From: Octopus sinensis
Taxonomy: Eukaryota
Length of the DNA: 64,000 bases
Direction: 5' to 3'
Assembly (NCBI RefSeq): GCF_006345805.1
Contig: NC_042998.1
Location: forward strand, 123,814,001 to 123,878,000
The notes beneath the pieces were generated by a model. That model was not told where the DNA came from and did not search any database. It saw nothing but the letters and a program-made list of their open reading frames with translations. Every line of letters starts with the position of its first letter. Position 1 is the first letter of the stretch. This document shows positions 26,834 to 43,072 of this stretch, piece by piece. A program made the translations under genes and the position numbers.

Positions 26834-27362
26834 AAATAATGAGGGAGACAAATTAATATTAATTTTAATATCAATTTAAAATTGATATTAAAATTAATAT
26901 TAATTTGTCTCCCTCATTATTTAAATATTGAAATAAATACGTTCTCTAGTAGCAAGCACTAACCGCAGTGAATTATTTACTGCAGTTCTTCGCTTCAGGA
27001 ATTCTTTAGCGTGCCGGAAGTAAGACATTTGAAATTTTGTACCTAATGTAATCGGTAAAACTAAGCACGTGTCTGTCTTGGCACAGAAAGCTGGAGTTAG
27101 TTTTTTAGATTGCATTTACACTGAACGATTGCACTGATGAAGCCACGGACATTTGAATTATGTAAGTAATTCTTTTGTTAAAGGCCGAAACCGAGGTATG
27201 CATTTAATTCTGTTTTTTTTATATAAATTTTCATCTGTCCTGCCCGCCAAATTTGGTTCTAGTGTTCGCTGAATTTTTCCTCTAGAGAATTTTCTTTGTA
27301 GTTTGATCGTTGATGATCTATTTCTAGCATACGGCCGACTACCTAGTAGTCTTGCCCTGCCA
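26560..27362 (+). mobile_element. Penelope-like element terminal (pLTR-type) fragments interleaved with (TA)n
   Basis: Contains a hammerhead fold and a 44-bp perfect inverted duplication at the (TA)n junction. No ORF. Confidence 0.55.
27130..27202 (+). ncRNA. Minimal type I hammerhead ribozyme
   Basis: Stem I TGCA/TGCA; CTGATGA; stem II (A.C)GCC/GGC with long loop; GAAA; stem III ACC-GA-GGT; cleavage triplet GUA (H17 = 27198). Confidence 0.75.
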
Positions 27363-27370
27363 ATATATAC

Positions 27371-27404
<34 letters not shown>

Positions 27405-27414
27405 TATATATATA

Positions 27415-27474
<60 letters not shown>

Positions 27475-27476
27475 TA

Positions 27477-28713
27477 CAGCCTTGGCCAGAAGTATTACGC
27501 CACCCAAATATTTTGGTGTCCTGCTAACTTAATGTTAATGAAACTCAGGCACAAGGTAGATTATGGTATATTTCACAATATACATTACTTTTAATATCTG
27601 GTTGACCCTCCTTTCGCATCAATGACCGCTTTTATACGGTTAGGCATTGAATCAACTAGTTTCTCGGAGGTGCTATGCGCAATTTTATTCCATTCTTCTC
27701 TCAACTGTTGGTACAAATGCTCTTTATCTTTAATTGTTGCGTTCTTGAGAGCTTTATCAAGAGTTCTTCATTGGTGTTCGATTGGATTTAGATCGTGACA
27801 TTGAACTGGCCCGTCCATGGGAACAATAATTTGTATCTCAAACTATTGACGAGTATTCATTGCGGTTGTCCTGTTGAAAGATGACACTGTTTTCCGACAC
27901 CCCTGGATGCAATTTAGCAATTGATGGCTCTAAAACATACGATAACATAGAAACATAGGTAGCTGAATTCATCTTTCCCTGATATAAATATATTTCTCTG
28001 GGTCCTGTTGCAGACATGCAGGTCCACACCATGATAGAACCATCCCCATGTTTCACGGCTGGTATCAGACAGTCAGCTTTAAATGCTTCTCCAACTCTGT
28101 GACGCACGAAAGTTGCACCAGATGCACCGAAAACCCGACTAAAAATATGAAAAATAATATTAGCTTTATGTTGGATGTTTCTTATGTATTTTGGGCAAGA
28201 AACCAATTACATTAAGTGTATATGCTTATATGTAATACATGTACTATCTTACCTCATAGTTACTTTCATTAGACCATATAACTTTCGACCATTTCTCACT
28301 GGCCCAAGTTGAGTGGTTTTGGGCCCACTGAAGACGTTTTTCCATATTCGCTTCAGAAACACATGGCTTTTTCCTGGCTTTACAGTCTTTCAGACCTTAC
28401 AAACCTTCTTCTAATGGTTCTGGTTGATATTTGTGAAGTACTTGCCACGTTGAAGTGCCCACAGGGCTCCGATGATACTGTTCTCCTGTTTCTGAGCGAC
28501 TGACGGATGATGGATCTGTCAACACGAGGTGATGTAACTTTTTTGCTACCTGTTCTTTGTATTGTCATCGCATCTTTTGTTTCTTTGAAGCGCTTGAGGG
28601 TCGTTTGTACCGCACATCGAGAACATTCCATCTTCTGAGCAATTTGCCTTTGAGACATACACACACACACACACAAGACACACATATATGTATATATATA
28701 TATATATATATAT

Positions 28714-28772
<59 letters not shown>

Positions 28773-28830
28773 GTGAGGTATATTTAGCAGCCTCAGCTAG
28801 TTGCTTATGACACACTTGCCAGGATGCAGT
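27477..28830 (-). mobile_element. Defective Tc1-like element with putative intron, internal deletion and microsatellite insertion
   Basis: TA|CAG-type terminus at 27477. HTH SQRQIAQKMECSRCAVQTTLKRFKET, ARKKP, WSNES, VKHGDGSIMVW, FQQDN, and C-terminal SMPNRIKAVIDAKGGSTRY*. Confidence 0.88.
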
Positions 28831-29265
28831 GTTGTCGTAGGTCAGTGGAGAACTAATACGTTCCCGGTAACAGCCCCTTCTATGAGAATAACAAGATTTG
28901 TTGTTGGTGGACCGACATTTGGAGATGCTAGGTTAAAACAAATTGGCAGCAACAGCCACTAAGGTATTAAATACTTCACTAACCTGCGACAAAACCACAT
29001 TCTGTCATATGTGTCATCAAATGCAGCGAGCTAATATTTTCAGACATAGCTTTCACAGCTACGTAGGCGTAAGAATAATGAAAATAACTTAAGTCCTTCC
29101 AGACCAATAAGAGGCCTAGCATCTAGAAGCCATCTCAATTGTGTCTCATATTGTACTCTTTCTCTCTCGAAGTCTCTGAAGATCGGTTCGTTCTACAAGC
29201 CTACGAAACATTCTACACTCATGCGCACAGGCACACACGTGTATACATACATACATACACACACA

Positions 29266-29307
<42 letters not shown>

Positions 29308-30545
29308 TTCAGTTAAACAGAATGCTCTATCATACTTTCTGACAAACACTGACAGACAGAAAGATTGACTAAACGACGTATTGACAGACAGACAGACGGA
29401 CGGAGGCAGAGGGAAAGACGGAGAGACAGACAAACTTACAGATAAATAGAGAAATAGAAAACAGTAGTAATTACTTAAATCAACAATGTTCTGCTTATGC
29501 AAATATATTGCAATCATAACTGAGTGGCTAAGAAATTCGCTTTGCAATCGTTATATCCAGGGGTTCTTTTCTTTCTAATTTTCTGCATCTTGAGCGAGTT
29601 ACTTAAAACATAGGCCTCTATTCAACTAAAATCCCCGTGTAAAAGTCGTTAGCCGTTAACTGTAGGGAAGCCTGAAAGGTGAATAATCAATGCAATTCAG
29701 TTATTCAGTCAGACAACTAACTGTGCCATGCTAATTTGGCCCGAGAACTCACCGGCACTTACACATTAATTTAGCAAGATTAGAGCAGTTCAGTTGATTG
29801 AACAACAGAATACTAATCGTCGAGACCGACTCAGACAACATCGTTTTGTATTTGTGTGAGTGTGCGTATGTGCCTGTAGTCAAAGAAAAAGGAGAGGGAG
29901 AGAGAGAATAGTAAATAGTATATTTCTTTTATAAAATCCACCGACTGTAATAATGTAGCCTTCAAGTTGACACTAACGAATTTAAATTCAAAGAAGCAGT
30001 AACATTTTTGCCTTTTACAAAATATTTAAATCTACTTTATATCAGTTTATAACTCATACATGGTATTATTATTTTAATTTTTTTAATCAATACGAGAACT
30101 AGGTTTGTCTCTCACCGACATCTGTGCCGTGTAGCTGAAAATTTAGGCCAGTAGGTAGTTGATTATTAACTCCGCATAATTTTCTTTTATCTTCAAGAAA
30201 CATTTCGAAACTATCTAGAAATTATTCTAATTCAATACTGTCTCGCTCCACTAACTGCAGATAAATTGTAATAAATTGATCTGCTCAGCAATAGGAGATC
30301 ATACGTAACTGGATAAATATATGCAGTTCAATGGTTTACAGTGCAGACGAAAAGGCATTTGCTGAGAGAGTATGCGTTAAGAAAGCAGTGGTGTTTATTT
30401 TATTGTTGTCCAATGTGTGAAAATAAGTCAAAGATTAGTCTGGATTTCAACTGAAAATTCTCTCTCTACTCTATCCCTGTCTGTCTCTCATCTTTATACA
30501 CACACACATACACACACATTGTATGTATGGATGAATTTATGTAAG

Positions 30546-30578
<33 letters not shown>

Positions 30579-31451
30579 GTGTGAGTGTGTCTGTGTGTAT
30601 AAATTGCACGCTGATGCTGTAATAAGAGCAACAGTTACAAATCGTAGAATGTTAGTATTTTATTTAGATTAGCATTTTCCTTTTTTGTATTTATTTTCAA
30701 GCCAATGCACTAAACAACTCTAGGTATCAAAGGCAATTATATAAGAGAAAACACAAACTCCTATGTTTGTGAGATATGAACTTGCAAAAAAAGGACGTTT
30801 TATCGAAATTTGCCTTTCATGTGTAGCAACTTAGTACTAGAGACGCTAGCAAAAACATCTAGATAGCAAGTCAAAGTGATAAAGCAAAAAGAAAGAAAAA
30901 AGTCTAATAAATCGATATTGAATGCACGAAGATTTCAAAGAGATATTTTTCTCCTACTCTAGAAGACAACTGGAAAATGTTCATACATGCTGCAGCAATT
31001 GCTCAATGTATAAATCATACTGTTTTACAGTAGTTATTTTGTCGAAGTTACTACAGCTTCCGGGTTTCATCTTCTATAAAGAATGCTATTCATGTTAATA
31101 GTGTTATACTTGCCCAGTGGTCATTACTTGAGTAGCATCAGTTGTCATAGTTTAAGCATGCAAATCGGAAGTGGATATATAAGCTTTCATTTTGGAAAAA
31201 AAAACAACTGAGACGCAAACGTAAGAGGAGAAGCATGTTTCATAATACAGATTAGGACTATAATACGAAATCGGTTTCGAAAAGCAAAGGCTTAAGCATG
31301 GAATCTTGATATGTAGCCGTTTATTTGGAATATAAAGTGATCCCTCATGTAGCTATGAATTTACATATAATATAATACATTTAACAGCAGAAATTCCTCA
31401 ACACGGCTTCTTAGATCCGTGGTCCGGAATATGAAGAAATGTTTGAAACCT

Positions 31452-31509
<58 letters not shown>

Positions 31510-31529
<20 letters not shown>

Positions 31530-31723
31530 GTTTAAATATTTATTGTGCTAGATTTTTTATGTGAAGTCGTGTGTTGAAACAGATATTGTTATATTTCGGA
31601 ATGGTCATAATTAAGGTTAATGTAAAAAATAAATAACACTGAAGCAAAATAACACCAAATATATAGTGCGTGTGTTTTTATTGGCTAAACTGGCAATATG
31701 ACCATTCCGAAATATAACAATAT
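31510..31723. repeat. Short (TA)n-flanked insert with a 27-bp perfect inverted repeat (31583-31609 / 31697-31723)
   Basis: ATATTGTTATATTTCGGAATGGTCATA and its exact reverse complement. Confidence 0.85.
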
Positions 31724-31742
31724 ATATATATATATATATATA

Positions 31743-32126
31743 TTAATTACTAAGGGTACTAACAGGAAGTACCGGCATGCTGAGATAGCAGTCAAAGTGA
31801 CCACACTACAAGTTTTCACTTAAAGACAAAAATGAAAGCGGGCAAATGAATAAATTCTCTAAGAACTCCGTACCAATAACGAAAATAATCGAAAATTTGA
31901 AAGTCAGACATACCCGTATCACCGTGATATGGAACTTTAAAAAATACCCTTAGTTCGTCGTCTGACTTTTGAATTTTCTACTATTTTCGTTATTGAGACG
32001 GGGTTCTTAGGGATTTTATTCATTTGCCTGCTTTCGCCTTTGTGTTTAAGTAAAAACTTGTGGTTTGATCACTTTGACTGTTATGTCAGCATGCCGGTAT
32101 TGCCTGTTAGTACCCTAAGTTATTAA
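31743..32126. mobile_element. Fold-back MITE-like element with ~167-bp inverted arms and ~50-bp spacer
   Basis: Arms 31743-31909 and 31960-32126 are diverged reverse complements (e.g. AGGGTACTAACAGG / CCTGTTAGTACCCT, GTCAAAGTGA / TCACTTTGAC). Confidence 0.8.
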
Positions 32127-32199
32127 CTGATGATTTATACCTTTATAGGTTTTCTTGACGATTGGCACAGTAAAATATTGGAGAGACGAAACACAACTG

Positions 32200-32720
32200 C
32201 AACATCCCTACAGACCAACAGCTAGCACTATACAAACTTCAAAAAGACTTCAATAATCATAAAAGAAACTGACAAATGTAGCGCAATCATCATGGACAAA
32301 CCCCACTGCAAAGAAATGGTCCTAGAACAGTTGAATGACAAGGTCTTTTACAGTAATATCAACAAATGTGAAGAAAAAATTAAGATGATTCAGAAGTTGA
32401 CGAAAAAGTACCAAAATAACCTCACGCTAAAGGAAATCAATTACTTAACAAACTTTGAAAGGAAAACCAGCAATTTTTATGAATCACTGAAAGGTCACAA
32501 ATCAAAAGAAATCCAAAACATCATAATAGTCAAAAATACAGCGTATATCGAATTACGAAAACCGACAGACTTAAAAATTATGCCTTGTTGTTGCTAGTCC
32601 AACTTCAAACACACAACGTCTAAGCAACATATTAGATATACTTCTGAAACTCCTATGTAAAAACGTGTCCACCTATATCAGAGATGATATGGAATTACTG
32701 AACTATATCCCCCAGAAAGT
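32200..32720 (+). mobile_element. Penelope-like element ORF fragment upstream of the RT core
   Basis: IIKETDKCSAIIMDK (ADKG-like), LTLKEINYLTNF..TSNFYESLKGHKS (FYGLPK.HK-like). Confidence 0.7.
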
Positions 32721-34378
32721 ACGCCAATCTTAATCCCCCTTGATTATATTATATTATTAGAAAATTAAATTCATTAGAACTACCAGTGTAGATATTATTT
32801 TCCTTTTTTAAATATACTTCACCGTACCAAAGGTTTCACACATTTTCCAATATATATATATATCTTTACACACTCAAACACACATACATATACACAAACA
32901 CACACATACACACACACACATGGATAAAAAAGAGTTAAAGAATGGAGTAAAGGATATTTGGGTTACATATGTTTCATACCGAGCGGAACTCGGTAGTAGT
33001 AAATATCAAGCGAGGTATATAAATATCAAGGAAGTTATCTTGATTCAATGAAGTTTATATTGCCGTAAGGAGGTACATGTCAACACACGGTTAATTCGAT
33101 CACAATGTGTCCCAACTGATAGCAGAAGTGCAGTGGCCAGGCAAGTCGTGATAACAAAAGCCAACTTTTTCACGGACGTCGATGCTTCATTGGCCCAGTA
33201 ACTGAAGTCAAAATGAAACTTCCTCAGCCATTTTCAGACACTAACAACGCTTGGAGAAGTAACCAGACAGCAGTTCTGGATACAAAGACTTGGGAACAAC
33301 AATCTTCCAATTGCATGGTGCTCTACTGCTCATAAACTCCCACTTGGCTTATAAGCACCGTGAATTCAGTGAGAGATAACTGCCAGAAGAAACAGAACAC
33401 AATAAAAAGTTACTTTGGATAGATGTCCTACAAAACCGTCTCAACTACCTGTAAATATGTAGAAGTAGACCATACGTTTTGACGTTACCTCCTATAGCCG
33501 CTGTTGCCTAAAATCTGAAGAACAAAAGATCATGAATTCAATAAAAACGCAAAGAACTGTGTAAAGAAATAGGAAAGAGTTACATAACCATTAAATATCT
33601 AGGAATCGTGAAAAGAAATCAGAGAGGATAAAACGTAAATAGAAAAACTAGTCTGAACAGGTGCATGTATTAATAAACGGACCCATATATTCCACGCTGG
33701 TGGCACTACCAAAATACAAGCCTGCTGGTCTTTCGGGACAGCTTAACATTTTACAGCCATGGGAGGGTCAGCACAGTGCATAGTGAATTGCCCAACCTCA
33801 TCAGCAGTACCTCACAAATGAAATTCTATTTCTCATGCACTTCTTGGCATACAAAACACATAATTTAGATCTTCACATTTGTTTCATTTTCTATATAGAT
33901 TTCTAATTGTTTACTTTTGAATATATATATATATAAATGTATGGGTGTATGCGAATGTCTCTATGACATTTCATAGGCATTCTTTACAAACAAACTTCCA
34001 GTTCATTAGCAAATTAATTAGTTAGAAGCATTGCACATATAATTATATAATTATATTACAGATATACATTCTTACATATACATACACACGCACGTAACAC
34101 AGACACAGACACACACACATACGTTTGGATTTCAAAGACGCACATGCTACATTGTTATTTCCCGTTGTTAGATTTTCTTGTATAATTATATCAGAAAATG
34201 ACAGTTAATTAGAGAAAGCTAAAATAATGAATATATATATATGAAATGCATTCATCTTGTCCAACATCTACTTTCGAATGTATTGGAAGTGTATTCGAAA
34301 TATGCAATTAGACATGTTGGTGGTCTCACAGTTTGAACATGTATATACATATGCACACATACAGATATCTATGCATAT

Positions 34379-34452
<74 letters not shown>

Positions 34453-34456
34453 CATG

Positions 34457-34490
<34 letters not shown>

Positions 34491-35911
34491 CATGCACACA
34501 TATATACGTGCATACGTGTGTGCATGTATGTGGTTGTCTATGCGGGCGTACGCGTGTGCGGTACAATAAAATGTAGTAGTAAATAAGAAGAAAATCCAAA
34601 GTAAGACTACTAAATTAATTTTCATATGAAGCTAAATCTTATCGACGATTGACTTAAAGACATATGTTCGTGAATATATATGTAACTATGTACGTTTAGT
34701 TCTATGATTGAATGCACTGTTGACTTTCTAGATATTAGAATTAAAATTCGTACATAAATCTAGTTGGTCCATTGATATATTCTTATCTCATTACACGTAG
34801 ATTCATACTAAACACAAATGAGAAATAGTATGGACTTACCTTCATGCTATTTTCGGTCTAAAGGCTGCGCCTGTGCTAGGGGATGCCAAGGAGGGTGTGA
34901 CAAAGATAAGGAAATTTCCACGACCGTCAGCTTGTACACGCCGAAGTTCAGCTTCCCGGGGTGTCAACAACCCTGCGGTCGGCCCTGCCTCTCACTGTTC
35001 TGCCAACTCAGTAACTTTGGCTTCGAATCAAGAAATATCATTTCTCATTAGGTATGTTACTAGATTAGCTAATATTAATAGACATATGTGCATATGTACA
35101 TACATAAATGCATACATACTTTTATATATATATGTGTGTGTGTGTAAATATATAGATAAATGTATAATATATATATATATGTATATGTACTTACACACAT
35201 GTATATACGCACACACACACACATATGCATACATGTATACGCACACACACTCATACACGCATATGTGTGTGTGTGTGAGTGTACTTCTGAATATTGATAT
35301 TTGAAATTAAATTTCAAATTGAAATTTAAATTATAACGCACCAAGTAATTTACTTTGTTTTTTTCTCTTTGTGTTCACATAATATTACGCCACTCACATA
35401 AGTGTGCGATAAACATTGTGACAAATAAGATCATAATGGAAACGCACTATTTTAACATTTTTCCTAAACGATCTTACCAAATTCGTAAACAATTCCCCGA
35501 ACTCTGTACTGTAGTCATGCGCGCGCGTGTATATGGGGTCTTCTGCATGAGTCTTTTTGTGCATGGAAGTCCTTTATTTCCAGAACTCAGCGATATGAGA
35601 AACGTATGTTCATGCAGTTCATGTAGATTGATCTCCATTTCGTGTCTTCAATGACATAAGATTCACTTCCGATGCTATATAAATCCCTAATCCTTAACTT
35701 GTCGTTCCTCCTGCAAGCATATTCATTTTTCTGCGACTAATTTTCGATTAAGTTTTGAATATTCGATCTCTCCGAATTCTTCAATTGAAGGTGGATTTCA
35801 TATCAGATTTTTCCCCTCTTTATGTATTCTTAAAACTAACAACCTAAAATTGTTATTTATGGGAATACATATATTCGTACGTACATACATACATACATAT
35901 ATGTACATACA

Positions 35912-35942
<31 letters not shown>

Positions 35943-37269
35943 GCTTGAAAGTGGAAGGTTGAATCTAAATTTTTCTATTTACATCACTCTTGAGCGTGAT
36001 TCGGTGAAAACTATATGACTGAGTTATATAACCTTGAAAACTCTCACTCAGCAATAGGGAAAAGGGAAGACAGAAGGCATACCCGTTCCTTGTCAAAAGA
36101 CGATCAAACATATACATATACCTCTGTCTAATTATCTGTCTTTTTATCTATCTATCTATCTACTATCAATCTATCAATGAGAAATATACACACAGATACA
36201 CACGTACATACATATATATATTCATGCATAGGTGCATGTATACATGAAAACATGATGGCTGCCCCCTCGTTATCAAATATGACCATTGCCCGAAGCTCAA
36301 CTGTTATTGGTGCTGTGATCGAATGTGACTTTTATTTGCTTTTTAAGGCTACAGCCTGCCATTCAGTTGAGACTCACAGCACTATCAACAATCATGAATA
36401 ATGTCATCGTGCAATGCCTGTGCAAGAAGATTTTTTTAAAGTGAGGAAAGGCTGTACACTGAGTCAATCCCACTCCCTAAGCAACATCAGCCATAATCCG
36501 AAAAGAAGAACAAGTCGACATCATCGGTAACCACCGAGCCGCAGGTATTATGTCGCAGTTATCCCAGTTACCTGAGTTACCTTCTCCTAGAAGGATGCTC
36601 TAACAAAGGCTAGGAGTCCTTCACTCCCAATGGTTTAACCGCGCGATCGGGTATTCAGTCCAATTATTTCTATGTCCCCGCGCCTGTACAGCCTTAAGCC
36701 ATAAGAAAAAAAAACATACAAACATACATACATAAATATCTACCTACCTACATACACACATACATACACATACACATTTTATGGTTAAGGGTGAAATGGA
36801 AGATATCGAAGTATTCCCAATGCAGGGTTCAAACCGAGCTCGTTCCTACCTACACACTTGGATTGCATTCTCAAGGAAAATAGTAATTTGGCTACAATAG
36901 AAAAATAGATGCAAGATCGGAATTTCGATATTGGGGTTCAAGAGAAGAAATTATACCGCAAATAAGAAGACACCGAAAAGTTTTAATACATTTTTAATGA
37001 CCATTTACGGCATTCCCCGCAGAGATACTGTCTGTTGTACCTTAAAGTGACGAAATTACTATAACCCTGCTGCTTCCTGTGAGTGTATAATGTGTGTGAA
37101 TTTATATGTGTGTGTGTGTATATATATACTTTTATTCTTTACGCTCTTGCTGGTTTTAGACAAAGGTTGGGCCCATGATGGAGCACCGCCTTTCAGTGTT
37201 TTGGGGTCTCCTTTCTATACTGGGCTTTTTTTTGGGGGGGGGGGACGTGAGTTGGTTGGAGCTGCTCTT

Positions 37270-37570
37270 CTTTGTGTCTCTTACAGCGATGTGAGTTTGT
37301 GTCATATCATCCTATGGTCAAAAGCCTTGGCAAAGTCAAGATATATCACATTCTTATTTGAGTGGTTGAGCTATTGTTTCAGTACCCAGTCCTTCTGTTG
37401 TAGTACCTGTGTGAAACAGCTCCTGCCTGAGTATGTGTGTTTGTCAGCAAGTTATTCTCTTCCAGAAATGTGATTAATCTCCTTCTGACAATTCATTCCA
37501 TGACCAGGTAATATGTAAAGTCAGAGATAGACCTGTAACTTTTAGCATCTGCTCTTCTCCCTTTTTTATG
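37270..37570 (-). mobile_element. CR1-like LINE RT fragment
   Basis: Minus strand IVRRRLITFLEENNLL..GRSCFTQ..VIYLDFAKAFDH. Confidence 0.75.
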
Positions 37571-39038
37571 GACAGGACATATGAAACATTCTATGGATGA
37601 CGAGAGGATTTTATGTTCACTTGCTATGTTTCATTAATCCTTTCGATGTCTTGTTTCGATTTTCACTATTTCTTTCGTCGTTCACCCAACAATGTCGTTC
37701 ACCCAACAACGTAACGTTAACGCACATTTATTTATGTCTTTCCTACACGATATAACCATTCTAATTTTGTTGGTCCTTATACTTTCTTTCTCTCCTCCTT
37801 CACTCTTGTTCTCATGCAACGCGAAGGCTTTGTAAAGCTCAAATTACAAATTACGCTTTCTGTGTCTCTTATAATTGTAACATGGATCAATTTCTGTACG
37901 CTATAGTAACCAGAAGTTTGGTTGCCCACCTCTAACCTCATTCAGTATTGAGGTGGAGGGAAAATCTTTCTTCTGAGCTCGCACATTTAGTTGTAGCGCA
38001 ATTCGGTATATCTACCTTTCACACTTGGCTTTGTGAAACATCGTATATCTCACAGCTGAAGAAGGATTGAGATGCACCCGCATTCCGATTGTAATTCAGT
38101 TTAGCTGAGTAGAGCGGAACAATGAGGAATGCTTTGGCTCAAAGACACAGCACGACGTTCAGCGTAGCAACTGAGGCTGCACTCTTATGTTCGTGAGGGC
38201 AACACTGAACCACTGTGCCAAGCACCTTCACACCTGCATGCGTTCGAGCAGACACATGACGCACACACATACACAAAAAGTGGGAAAGAGAGAAAAGAGA
38301 GAGAGAGAGAGAGAGAGAGCGAAAAAATAGACCTAATTATAGTGATTTAGATCAGAATAACAAAGACTAATATGAATGTTTAATGAGCAAATTATCGCAT
38401 ATGCAACTATCACAGTTTCGTATTTTATTGACTTAGCATTGTTAAGACCATATTGTATAACATTTAACATAGCAGGATATTCAAATAGCTATATATTTAA
38501 ATATTATTGTAAGCAGCTTAATGTTTTTGCTTTGTTTTTCGTATTTTGTATTACTCGGCTTTAAAATTTTTTTTCTTTGTTTGGAATTTCTACTTAATAT
38601 TTTGCTAACCTATCCTCACGGTTATTTAACCTCAATTTTGTTGGATAATTATCATAATTTTTTTTACTTTATATACAGCAGATGATTGATTTACAATTCA
38701 TTTGGAATTTCGAAATAAATGAGAATTATTAAAGAATATAAAAAAAGAAAATACGAAAGAAATCTTTATAACCAAGAACAGCCTGGAGGTATCAATTAGT
38801 GACTTAGCGGGAAATAAGCAAACTAATTAAGCAAAGGAAGAAGAATAATTACTTTATTTAAGCAAGAATCTGCCCCAAAGAAATTTTGCAAACATTGACA
38901 GAGACATAATTTCGTTTTGAAGATCGTATTTTGCCAAGAAAATTTTATAAAAAAGTGTGTAGCAGAAATGTTCTTCTCTAATTATTGTTATAATTTACTT
39001 GAAATATAGTATCACGAGTATTGTATTATAATATATAC

Positions 39039-39089
<51 letters not shown>

Positions 39090-39133
39090 TATATATTATA
39101 TGCATGTATGTATGCATGTTATATACACACATA

Positions 39134-41760
<2,627 letters not shown>

Positions 41761-41789
41761 ATATATATATATATATAACAATTTTACTC

Positions 41790-43072
41790 GTTTCGGCCAT
41801 GCGGCTAATGTCATGCTGGAGCATCAGCGTGGTGCTTCTGATTTCTTCTGTCCCAGCTGTTGGCTCATTTGGTGTATAAGGGAGTTTGATTCTGCTGCCC
41901 TCGTCTGCACCTCACATGCTGCTGGTTCATTCGATATTGTCTAGTTCCTTTTTTAAAACATCTGCTTCCACCTTATGTAGATTTCTTAATTTTTGTGGCG
42001 GAGCATTAAAGAGCTGTAGGTCTTTGAACCCTAGACTATTGCAGTACTTAGTCCTAAATTTAGATGGAGTGGCTAGTGCCTTTGTTATAATACTATGGCG
42101 GCCAGTTCTGGCATTTGTATATCATCCTATGCTGATATTAGGTATTAGCCCTTCTAAAGTTTTCCATATGGAGATTATTGCATATTTCTCGTGCCTTCGC
42201 TCCAGGAAATGAAGTTGCACTTTTCTCAGCCCATCCATGTATCTCATCCGCTGCACTTTTTCAATCTCTTTAGTATAGTGGCGTTGGACTGCTTCAAGCT
42301 CCGTTGTTGGTTTGGTACCATGTGATGACCATAACTGGGAGTAGTATTCCAGGCGGTTGTGAACAAATCTTCGCCACAAGGTCAATGTAGTTTCTTGGTC
42401 TTTTGTCTTGAAGTATCTCAGTATCCATCCTGCCAGTTGTCTACACTTTGCTGGCATCTTGGCAATGTGCTTATAAAATGATGCATCATTGCATATACTG
42501 ATACCCAAGTCTTTCACTGCCTGTGACTCTGGGATTGCAGTGTCTTCGGATCCTATATATGCAGGCTGTAGTGCATTCGTGAGTTGACAGTACAGTGCTT
42601 AAAATTTCCCGCATTAAACAGCATGTTGCTTACTTCAGCCCACTTGCATATCAAATTCAGGTTGCGCTGTTAGCTTGCGACATCATCTTGGATTTTTATT
42701 GCCTGTGATAATTTTGCATCATTGGCATAGCTAGTGACATTGGCTGAGTGACCGTGGGCATGTCTAAGACGACTATTATAAAGAATAATGATCCTAGAAC
42801 AATTCCCTTGAGGATACCACTTGGGACTTGAATTTCCTTAGAAAGGGTACTATTGGTTGCAAGTACCTGATGTCTATCTTTAAGGAAGTCAAACAGCCAC
42901 TCTCCCTGTTTACCAACAATGCCAAGGTCTCCTAGCTTATAGCATATCATGCTGTAATCTACCTTATCAAATGCCTTCGCAAAGTTAAGGTATATCACGC
43001 TGTGATCTAAATGGTTATAGTATTGTAGGAGTTGTGTGAAGCAGCTTCTTTCTGGACGGAACGTTATCAACT
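41790..43072 (-). mobile_element. Decayed CR1-like LINE (RT to 3' end)
   Basis: ORFs 42696-43070 (YLNFAKAFDKVD, VPSGILKGIVLGSLFF) and 42122-42517 (KDLGI, RLEYYSQLWS, LEAVQR, LERRHEKY). Confidence 0.85.

Noticed and set aside
33715-33812. Minus-strand CTGATGA...CCCGAAAG hammerhead-like pattern
   Set aside because: No U16.1/H17 in register with stem I and poor stem II; at best a dead relic
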